DNA of 30,137 nucleotides from an uncultured Acidobacteriota bacterium (GTDB taxonomy: Bacteria; Acidobacteriota; Polarisedimenticolia; J045), in NCBI GenBank assembly GCA_964484415.1, contig CAZAHQ010000001.1:1-30137 (forward strand). Direction: 5' to 3'. Positions 8,013 through 15,448 of this stretch are shown in pieces. How positions within the stretch are numbered: position 1 is the stretch's first letter; the number at the start of each line of letters is the position of its first letter. The notes under the pieces were generated by a model. That model ran no database searches and had not been told where the DNA came from. It saw only the letters and a program-made list of their open reading frames with translations. Made by a program: the position numbers and the translations under genes.

Positions 8013-9968
8013 TCAAGGGCACGCCCGGCCGGCGATCGGTTGATTCAGCGAGCTGAAACCGAGCGGTCCCGATCCCGACGGGCAACCGTTCTTCGCACGC
8101 ACCAAGTAATGGAACGCCTGACCAGCCGCCGGGACTGTGCTGTCGGTGCCGGAAGTGTTGGACGGATTGGCCAATGTCATGCAGCTTGCGGCGGAAACGA
8201 AGTCGGCCGGATCGGGCGATCGAATCAGATCGTAGGTGACATCGATCGCACCCTTGTCGAGTGGTGGCGACCAGGAGAGGTTGGTCACGCTGCCCGACTT
8301 GGTCAGGCGCAGATCACTTGCCTCCGTCGGCTTGGCCCACACCAACGGGTCGGCATCGTTGCAATCACACGGCCGGCCGTCGCCATCGTGATCGACACCG
8401 GAGCAGGCCGCATCGATGCAGCAATCGACATCGGCACAATCGATTTGCGCGTCGCAATCGTCGTCGCGTCCGTTCTGACAGGAGAACTCGTTGGCCTGTT
8501 GCGCGCCGCAGTCGGCGGCACAGCGACACGGGTTTTCACCCACCTCGCAGGTTCCGTTACCACAGCAGCCGGTCCCTCCGCCCTGATTCGAGCAATCGGC
8601 AGGGCAATTCGTGCAGTCTTCTCCCGATTGGCAAACTCCGTCGCTATTGCATGCCGATGGAACGACCGTGTTGATTGTGAACGACGTGGGTGAGCCCGGT
8701 TTGAAGATACCTGCCGTAATTTGGAAATTGCCCGGCGGCACGTTTGCGTCGAAGCGGAAGTTGTAGAGTGTTCCCCAACGCAGCGCATTGGCGTTGGGAT
8801 TGGCTGCAAAGGTCTCGCAGTTCCATTTCACCGATGTGGCGTCGACCGTCGAACTCCAGTCGGTACCGACGAATGGCTCGCCACTGTGGTAGCTCACATC
8901 ATGAAAGCCGACGTTACTGATAGCAGCACCGGGTGGAATCGGTACGCTGAAGCTGCCGATCGCTCGGTCCGAGTTTTGGTTGTAGAACGCGTACTCGTAG
9001 CGATACTGACCACCACCCAGACTGGTGGCGCGCGCACCCAAGATCACACGCCCATCGCCAGGCACATTCGTGTTGGTGAGCGTGACACCGGGATCGATGG
9101 TCGGCCACAGTTCGATCGCAGACTTCATTCGCTGTGTGGAGCCGGTCAAAGTGATGTCGAAATTCCCCGCTGAGAGAACCGAGATCGTGATCGGTCGCAC
9201 CGAGGTGTTGTTGTTTTGGTTGTTGGCGGAGGCGTCATCGTGCGTGACGTAATGACCCTCTACCCAATACAACGCCCCCGTGTTCTGGGCCGGATCGAGA
9301 TCGACGTTCTGCACTTGAAGGCGCTTGTAAATGACGTTACCGGTTCGGCTCCCGTCGGTGGGCGGATACGGAAACGCGCCACTTTTGGGATTGACCTCGA
9401 ACTTGGGTCCCAAGCGCGTTTGATTCCCGTTGAGACTGCTGCTGTAAGGGTCGGAACAGTTCACACCCAAGCGGTCGCCGCCGTTCGGTGGAATGCAAGA
9501 CGTTGAGCAAAGCGTTTCCGCCAACGCCGTGAACCCGTGCTTCAGCCAACTCTGGCCGATCTGTTCGAACCGGCCGTTCTTCAGCCGGTACATGTTCTGT
9601 CCGATGACGGGGTGCTTAGGGTTACCGGACTCCCACTCCAACCAGCACGAGCCGATATTGCACGACGTGGTGCCCACGGAAAACGCGGTAATACCGCCGA
9701 CAGTACCCCAGCGCGTCTTGCCGGTGAGGTCACCGACGATGACATCCGGAACCTCTCCGCTGAACTGACAGGACAGCGTGCAACAGGAGTTGGCGTTGCC
9801 TGTTTCTGTACCGTCGTCGCACTGCTCGCCAGCCTCGATGACTCCGTTGCCGCAGGTGGCTGCGCGCGCCGACGTCAGCGAGGCCATAGCCAAGGCGGCC
9901 GCGAGGAGGATCCGAAACGCTACGTTTTGCCCAGTGAGATTATCTGCCGTCGTGGCGCTTGGCTTCAT
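8013..9968 (-). CDS. Secreted Cys-rich multidomain protein of unknown function (Myxococcus-type Cys-rich repeat, conserved core domain, beta-sandwich, Cys/Asp-rich linker, C-terminal FN3-like domain)
   Basis: Signal peptide (FRILLAAALAMASLTSARA); CGNGVIEAGEQCDDG repeat; core from PDVIVGDL; CGNGTCEVGENPCRCAADC; DDDCDAQIDCADVDC and DHDGDGRPCDCND Ca-binding-like motifs. ATG 9968 preferred over track start 10118 because the signal peptide follows it. Confidence 0.88.
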   Translation of the reverse strand: MKPSATTADNLTGQNVAFRILLAAALAMASLTSARAATCGNGVIEAGEQCDDGTETGNANSCCTLSCQFSGEVPDVIVGDLTGKTRWGTVGGITAFSVGTTSCNIGSCWLEWESGNPKHPVIGQNMYRLKNGRFEQIGQSWLKHGFTALAETLCSTSCIPPNGGDRLGVNCSDPYSSSLNGNQTRLGPKFEVNPKSGAFPYPPTDGSRTGNVIYKRLQVQNVDLDPAQNTGALYWVEGHYVTHDDASANNQNNNTSVRPITISVLSAGNFDITLTGSTQRMKSAIELWPTIDPGVTLTNTNVPGDGRVILGARATSLGGGQYRYEYAFYNQNSDRAIGSFSVPIPPGAAISNVGFHDVSYHSGEPFVGTDWSSTVDATSVKWNCETFAANPNANALRWGTLYNFRFDANVPPGNFQITAGIFKPGSPTSFTINTVVPSACNSDGVCQSGEDCTNCPADCSNQGGGTGCCGNGTCEVGENPCRCAADCGAQQANEFSCQNGRDDDCDAQIDCADVDCCIDAACSGVDHDGDGRPCDCNDADPLVWAKPTEASDLRLTKSGSVTNLSWSPPLDKGAIDVTYDLIRSPDPADFVSAASCMTLANPSNTSGTDSTVPAAGQAFHYLVRAKNGCPSGSGPLGFSSLNQPIAGRACP

Positions 9969-10264
9969 GAACCCTGCCTTGGTGAGGATCACAAAAAAAG
10001 TGCCGACCCTGCTCGAGAGCCGACGACCATTGACTCGGTTTGACCAGCAGCGTACCGCCCTAACAACAGACTCCCCTTCAGAGCCGCGGGAGTATACGGC
10101 GCTCCGCGAACTTGACACGATTAAAGAATGGTTAGGCTCAGGCGCCGTTCAGCAACCGCGCCTTGACTGAACTCGAGCGACCCCTCCCGGGCAGGATCGG
10201 AGCGGACGCCTGCTAGGCGCGATCGACCGGCTAACTCCCGGTTTCGCTTGGCATGCTGCCGATC

Positions 10265-10400
10265 CGCCCTTGTTCCAGACGATGGTGTATCGCCATAGCG
10301 GATGCCAATGCACCTTTGACCCGGGCAACGCCGTCTCGTACCGGTCATGGACCTCTGCCTACGTCCTGTATCGCTCGTGCGAGCGATGCTCGTGCCATAC
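10265..10400 (-). pseudogene. Possible C-terminal remnant of a class I SAM-dependent methyltransferase
   Basis: Manual translation RT*AEVHDRYETALPGSKVHWHPLWRYTIVWNK resembles the TY.E......LPG....H.LWRY..VW.K tail I recall from small methyltransferases. It has an in-frame TAG and no N-terminus. Confidence 0.3.
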
Positions 10401-10489
10401 ATCTCGCAGGGCACGACCCCCGCGAAGGCGATGGAGTACCCGCCAGACGGCGTCGCCGCTGACGAGCGCGTTGCCTCATCGATCCTGCT

Positions 10490-10868
10490 ACCGACGGCAA
10501 GCAGCTCGATGCTCGAGGGCCTAGCGGAGACACTGACGATCACGGAGTTTGCGATCGGTGAGAATCTGCGGAAGTCGATCAGCTCGAGCAACCCTCTCGA
10601 GAATCTGCAGAGGGAACTGCAACGGGTGGCCCGCAACGTCAAGCGCTGGCGCGGCGGACAGATGACGCTGCGTTGCTGCGTTGGGGAGCAACTGGACTTC
10701 AAGTGGCTGAACGTCGCTTCAGGAGGATCAAGGGTTACAGAGACATGCTCGCGCTGATCCGCGCGATCGATGCGGCCGTACGCAGGTCGATGATAGACAA
10801 CAAGAAGATGTCGCCCACAACATACCAACCACCCGCCGTTAGCTTTCAACAATCAACGGGTCATCCCC
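10490..10868 (+). mobile_element. IS256-family transposase C-terminal relic with probable right end
   Basis: SSMLEGLAETLT...LRKSISSSNPLENLQRELQRVARNVKRWRGGQM, then after a frameshift LRWGATGLQVAERRFRRIKGYRDM: the IS256 transposase C-terminus. The frameshift is an 8-bp tandem duplication CTGCGTTG (10668-10683). TTTCAACAATCAACGGGTCATCCCC (to 10868) resembles an IS256 terminal repeat. Confidence 0.8.
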
Positions 10869-10968
10869 TGAATAATCTGCATCGCTGTCGCAGCTGCCGT
10901 GCTCGCAGCCTGCCCCCAATACGATCGCGGTAGGCCCCTCGACCGCGGGCTTTGTGCCAACGAGGTCG

Positions 10969-10985
10969 CTGGCGCGCTATCTGCG
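10969..10985 (+). promoter_or_regulatory. Weak candidate sigma-54 (-24/-12) promoter
   Basis: CTGGCGCGCTATCTGCG keeps GG-N10-GC and a good -24 box, but the -12 box is CTGCG rather than TTGCW. It lies about 100 nt upstream of ATG 11087. Confidence 0.3.
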
Positions 10986-11086
10986 CCGTCGGAATGACCT
11001 GGATCATTGGGTGGCCGACGGCCACCTTCGTACAGTCTTTGCGCTGCGATCGAGGTGTCTCTGCTACGCGGCCGGAGGTTGTCCAG

Positions 11087-12196
11087 ATGCTCGCGTCACT
11101 GCTCGCAACCGTACTCATGACAGTTCCATCGGTCATCTCTCCGCAACCCCCCGTGATTCAGGTCGACTGTGACGCCGGGCAGCACCTCGACAAAGCGCTC
11201 CTTGCAGTCCGGAACTCACCTGGGGCGAGGATTCAAATCCGCGGAACGTGTGCCGGGTGGTTCGAGTTGTCCACCGACGCAGTCCGACTCGAGGCATGGT
11301 TGCCCGGACAGGCAACCCTCACGGCGCCTGATCCGGCGCAGCGCGGTAGCGTGCTCACTGTTCGAGATGCCCGTGACGTCATGATTCGCGGGATCCGGTT
11401 CCGACACGGAGGTGATATCGGGGTTGGGTTGATTTTCCTCCGAAGCCCTGGCGGTCAAGTGCTCGAGTGCGAGTTCGAACACAGCGAGGTCGGGGTCGTC
11501 TTCGAGGACTCGCACGATGGAGGGGCTTGGGATATCTGGGCCCACGACAACGATATCGGTCTGAGCAGCGAGTCCGGGGCCTTTGTCGGCATTCACCTGT
11601 CCACCTTCGAGCGGAATCGCCGGAACGGGTTGATTGCGTGGTCAGGCGGCGATCTTCTGCTCGAACGCTCCAAGATCACGGGGAACAGAGAGGCCGGGGT
11701 GGTCGTGATGTTCAACTCCCGCGCGGACGTCGTCGCGTCATCGCTGAACGACAACGGCCAAGTCCACTTGTACGATGGTTTCGCAAGTCAACTTACGGTA
11801 CGTGGCGACGTCGTTGTCGGCAGCCCAGCGGACACCACATGGTACGCGCTCGTAGTCGGTAGAAGCTCGACCTCAGATGTCGGAAACTCTACCTTCTACG
11901 GCAGCGTCCACGTGGACGACAACTCGTTCCTGGATCTCGGCGTGAGTCGTGTTTATGGTCCGATCTTGGTTCAACGATTCGGCCGCGTCTCGCTGTTCAA
12001 CGCCACGGTCACGGGCCCTGCCAACTGCGCTTCGGCCGGTGACCTGATTTGTGGCTACAACACTCATGTCGCCGTCTCGGGCTGTCCATCGGCGACAGAT
12101 TGCTCGCGGGACCTCGCCGGCGAGACGACCACGGTCGCACCAGAGCCCCACTTGATGCCGACACCCTATCAACCGTCGCCTCGTCCTCGCCGCTAG
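11087..12196 (+). CDS. Secreted right-handed parallel beta-helix repeat protein
   Basis: GGAGG RBS at 11074-11078; signal-like N-terminus; IQVDCDAGQHLDKAL...IQIRGTC cap; repeated N-x-x-x-G-I/V beta-helix rungs (DNDIGLSS, RNRRNGLIA, GNREAGVVV). Confidence 0.8.
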   Translation: MLASLLATVLMTVPSVISPQPPVIQVDCDAGQHLDKALLAVRNSPGARIQIRGTCAGWFELSTDAVRLEAWLPGQATLTAPDPAQRGSVLTVRDARDVMIRGIRFRHGGDIGVGLIFLRSPGGQVLECEFEHSEVGVVFEDSHDGGAWDIWAHDNDIGLSSESGAFVGIHLSTFERNRRNGLIAWSGGDLLLERSKITGNREAGVVVMFNSRADVVASSLNDNGQVHLYDGFASQLTVRGDVVVGSPADTTWYALVVGRSSTSDVGNSTFYGSVHVDDNSFLDLGVSRVYGPILVQRFGRVSLFNATVTGPANCASAGDLICGYNTHVAVSGCPSATDCSRDLAGETTTVAPEPHLMPTPYQPSPRPRR

Positions 12197-12246
12197 CGGA
12201 TTCGTCCTGTCAAGACGAGGTGAGCTCATCCCGAGGTGCTACCTGC

Positions 12247-12515
12247 ATCACGATGGGAGAAGCAACTGCCCCGCTGTACTTCGCCCAGAGCGCAAGGTGG
12301 AGATCACCTCCTGCCGGCGCAGCCTCATTGCGCTAGATCGTAGAAACTCTTCCGGTCATCCGAATAGGCGGGTGTGTGTCGGAGCGGCTGCGCGCGGCAT
12401 GAAGCTGCTCAACCTGGAGCGATGCGTGTACGACGTGTTCCAACTGGTCATGCTCGATACTGTCTTCACGGTGTTCACCGACGAAGCAACGGCCTGCGCC
12501 TCGTCTGGGAAATGA
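12247..12515 (+). pseudogene. Degraded STAS-domain anti-sigma-factor antagonist
   Basis: Two frames: ITMGEATAPL (cf. RITLGEG) and NSSG...GMKLLNLERCVYDVFQLVMLDTVFTVFTDEATACAS, matching the C-terminal half of STAS antagonists. No intact N-terminus; frames are discontinuous. Confidence 0.55.
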
Positions 12516-12547
12516 TCGAGGCCTAGACTGATCGCCGGGAGGTTCCC

Positions 12548-13402
12548 GTGCCGGAATCCGCTCAGAACCCGCTGGCGCGCCCACCGTCTCCTGTGGTCGC
12601 GAGCGACCTACCCGCCGAGATTCATGTCCAAGCGGTCTACTACGAAGGGCGAATCGACCTGCCGCAGTTTCGTGCACGACACCCGGAATATCCGGTGCTG
12701 TCGCTTGACCCAATGGTCGTGGAGTTGGTCGCCGGCCGTTACGTCGCACTGACGAAGTTCGGGTCTGTGATCTTCTGGAACTGCCGGCGCAGCGAGATCG
12801 ACGCCGTTCAGCACGACATCGCCGTCCTACCGGGTGCGCTCGAACGCAACCTCGAGGTGTCCGACGAGTTGGTGGTCTTGGTTGGGCAGGACACGAACCT
12901 CGTCACATTCAAGGAGGTTCGGCTGCGTCAACTGACGGTCGATCAGGTGTCGATTATCTCGCGCGCCCTCGGCCAGTCGGTGGCACTCGAGCGATTCGAG
13001 AACGACGTGCAGGCGGCACTCGCCCGCTCACAGCCAGTGGTGCAGGCGTTGCGCTCGCGCGGCGAGTTGATCCAGACGCAGCGCGAGATTCTGCAGACGA
13101 TCGGCTTCGCGCTTCACGTGCGCGCCGCCGTGCTATCGAACTTGACGCTGTTCGACTCTCCTCCAGAGGCCTGGGAGAGCGAAGCGGTCGCACACATCGA
13201 TGCGCAACTTTGGGACTACTTCGACCTCGATGAGCGATTGTCGGCGATCAACCAAAAGGTGTCGTACCTCGCCGACCTCAACGGCACGCTTACAGACCTA
13301 CTCAATCACCGCAAGAGCCAGCGGCTGGAGTGGATCATCATCGTGCTGATCGTGATGGAGATTCTCTTGTTCGTCGTGACGGAGCTGGCGCGTAGGACTT
13401 GA
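12548..13402 (+). CDS. RMD1 / DUF155 family protein
   Basis: KFGSVIFWN, ISRALGQSVALERFE, WDYFDLDERLSAINQKV, RLEWIIIVLIVMEI C-terminal TM helix. GTG start. Confidence 0.9.
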   Translation: MPESAQNPLARPPSPVVASDLPAEIHVQAVYYEGRIDLPQFRARHPEYPVLSLDPMVVELVAGRYVALTKFGSVIFWNCRRSEIDAVQHDIAVLPGALERNLEVSDELVVLVGQDTNLVTFKEVRLRQLTVDQVSIISRALGQSVALERFENDVQAALARSQPVVQALRSRGELIQTQREILQTIGFALHVRAAVLSNLTLFDSPPEAWESEAVAHIDAQLWDYFDLDERLSAINQKVSYLADLNGTLTDLLNHRKSQRLEWIIIVLIVMEILLFVVTELARRT

Positions 13403-13470
13403 GAGTTCATTGGGCGCAAGTTTATTGGGGTATCGAGTCACCGGTTCGTACACTAGGTTGCGATAGAAGA

Positions 13471-14481
13471 TCACGATCGCGCACGCCGGCGCATCTGCAA
13501 CTCGCGCCCGCCGTCTTCGTACTTCACCTCGTCCATGAACTCGTTGATCAAGAATATTCCACGTCCGCTGGTCTTCATCAGCCCTTCCCTGGCCCGCGGA
13601 TCTGGAACGGCATCGAGATCGAAACCCTGGCCGGGGTCGCGCACGACCACCAACAGCTCGCCGTCCTGTTCGACCGCGACGCAGCACTGCACGCTCTTCG
13701 TCGGGTCGTTCTTGCAGCCATGCTTGATGGCGTTGGCGATCGCTTCGTGCAGAGCGATCTCGACCTCAACCTCGTGTCCCACCGCGCACTGCTTGTCCTT
13801 GATGAGCTGCATCATTCCGGCAACGACGCCCGGCACCGCGCGCTGGTCGGCGGAGATAGTGATGTCGAGTTGGCAGGTTCTGCAGATTGGTACGAGGTTG
13901 CTCAGCTTGTGAACCTGATCGAGTGTCTCGCGAAGATCCACCACCAGCCGCTCCCGATCCAGGTCTGCCGCTTCGCGTTCCTCGAGCGCTTCACGAAGTT
14001 CGCCGAGGTTCCGCCGCAGTTTGAGTTGAGCCATGACCTGACGGCGCAGCGCTTCCAGCGCCTCCACCTGCTGCGCGGTGAGCGTTCTAGGTTGCTGGTC
14101 GATCACGCAGAGCGTGCCGAGCGCTTCGCCCTCGCGACTCAGCAGTGGAGCGCCCAAGTAGAAGCGGATGTGTGGATCGGAGGTCACGAGCGGGTTGCCG
14201 CGAAATCGTTCGTCGAGCATTGCGTCGGGGACGATGAACAGGCCGGGCTGCCGGATGGCATGCGCGCAGAAGGCGATGTCGCGCGACGTCTGGCTGGCGG
14301 AGATCCCGACGCGCGACTTGAACCACTGCCGGTCCTCGTCGACGAGGCTGATGAGTGCGATCGGCGTATTGCAGATCTGCGATGCCAGGAGCGTCAGATC
14401 ATCGAAGGCGATTTCTGGATCGGTATCGAGAATCCGATAGGCGTGCAACGCCGCCAGCCGTGCCTGCTCGCGATTGTCCAT
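13471..14481 (-). CDS. GAF-domain sensor fused to an RsbW-like (HATPase_c_2) anti-sigma Ser/Thr kinase domain
   Basis: EQARLAALHAYRILDTDPE..FDDLT.LASQIC..PIALISLVDEDRQWFKS GAF; coiled coil; IALHEAIANAIKHG (N box), VRDPGQGFD (G1), SGRGIFLI (G2). Confidence 0.9.
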   Translation of the reverse strand: MDNREQARLAALHAYRILDTDPEIAFDDLTLLASQICNTPIALISLVDEDRQWFKSRVGISASQTSRDIAFCAHAIRQPGLFIVPDAMLDERFRGNPLVTSDPHIRFYLGAPLLSREGEALGTLCVIDQQPRTLTAQQVEALEALRRQVMAQLKLRRNLGELREALEEREAADLDRERLVVDLRETLDQVHKLSNLVPICRTCQLDITISADQRAVPGVVAGMMQLIKDKQCAVGHEVEVEIALHEAIANAIKHGCKNDPTKSVQCCVAVEQDGELLVVVRDPGQGFDLDAVPDPRAREGLMKTSGRGIFLINEFMDEVKYEDGGRELQMRRRARS

Positions 14482-14770
14482 GGTGCATCCCCGGCATGCT
14501 GCCGGATGGACTGTACATGATTTCGACCCTCACGCGGCCGCGAAACGCGGCCTCTTGTCGCTCGAGCGCCTGCGCAACGTTAGGGCGGTTTCTCGACTCT
14601 CGGGGGTAGTGCTGATGGGCATGGTGCTATCGGTGGTGTTAGGAAAGCCACGGCGAAGCCGATCCTGAAAGCACGAAGGCGGGCCCCATCCAAGAGACCC
14701 GCCTCGGTAGATCTTATCGAGCGCGACGTAACAGGTTTCGCGCGTCGAACGGTTGCACTCGGTATTGCCC

Positions 14771-15214
14771 TTAGTCCTCTTCTACCTCGACCTCAGCCTT
14801 GACCCCGGGCGTCTTCTTGTCGTCGTCAGGCAGTTGACTTCCCTCGAGCTCGACCTTGTTGTCGGCGTTGTCTTCGCGTGTGATCTCGACTTCCTCGAGC
14901 TTGCCGTCGCTGTGCTGCACCACCGTCACCTCGACCTTGGCACCCTCGCGCTCGACAACCTTGATCTCCTTCACAACCACGACGTGATTGTCGTGAAGAA
15001 GTTCCCAGCCAATCGCCAGGCCGACCGGCACGACCCAGAACGGCCGCCCTGCGATCATGCGAATCGCGACGCGGCGACGATGACGCCGGCGAATGCGACG
15101 ACGCACGCGACGGCGATGCCGGCGAACGGGTCCCGCCTCCGCGTCGCCGACAGAAAACAGCGATGTCAGGCCAAGCGTGGTGGCGCAGGTCAGTACGAAT
15201 GTTCGACGATCCAT
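14771..15214 (-). CDS. Small Tat-exported protein with Arg-rich N-terminus and acidic C-terminus
   Basis: GAGGAG RBS; MDRRTFV twin-arginine motif, hydrophobic stretch and AEA cleavage site; then RRHRRRVRRRIRRRHRRR. Confidence 0.75.
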   Translation of the reverse strand: MDRRTFVLTCATTLGLTSLFSVGDAEAGPVRRHRRRVRRRIRRRHRRRVAIRMIAGRPFWVVPVGLAIGWELLHDNHVVVVKEIKVVEREGAKVEVTVVQHSDGKLEEVEITREDNADNKVELEGSQLPDDDKKTPGVKAEVEVEED

Positions 15215-15448
15215 CGGCCTCTCCTCGATCTCGACCACCCGTGTCAGCGACGACTCACTCGACCGCGTCTGGATGGCTAGCAGTCAGAAGATTGGGTCTT
15301 GGATGCACACCGATCAAGGGGGTCGAGATCGGCGGACGATCGGCCGCTTTGAGAGTCCAGGACTTTGCTCTCTGAGCTCGGGGCACGAAAGTTCAGCGGC
15401 CGGAGGCATAATCCCACCCGCCACTATGCCCGCCCGGAATGATCCGCC

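Noticed and set aside
9969-10118. 50-aa N-terminal extension of the secreted protein
   Set aside because: Low-complexity and promoter-like; the signal peptide follows ATG 9968.
10121-10852. 243-aa minus-strand ORF
   Set aside because: Spans the antisense of the IS256 relic and other debris; no motifs and no RBS.
13399-14520. 373-aa plus-strand ORF
   Set aside because: Antisense shadow of the GAF-kinase gene.
14675-14705. GC-rich hairpin downstream of the Tat protein
   Set aside because: Imperfect stem, long loop and no U-tract; too weak to call a terminator.
15380-15396. GGGGCACGAAAGTTCAG, a sigma-54-like -24 box upstream of the response regulator
   Set aside because: The -12 position reads TTCA and lacks the essential GC.
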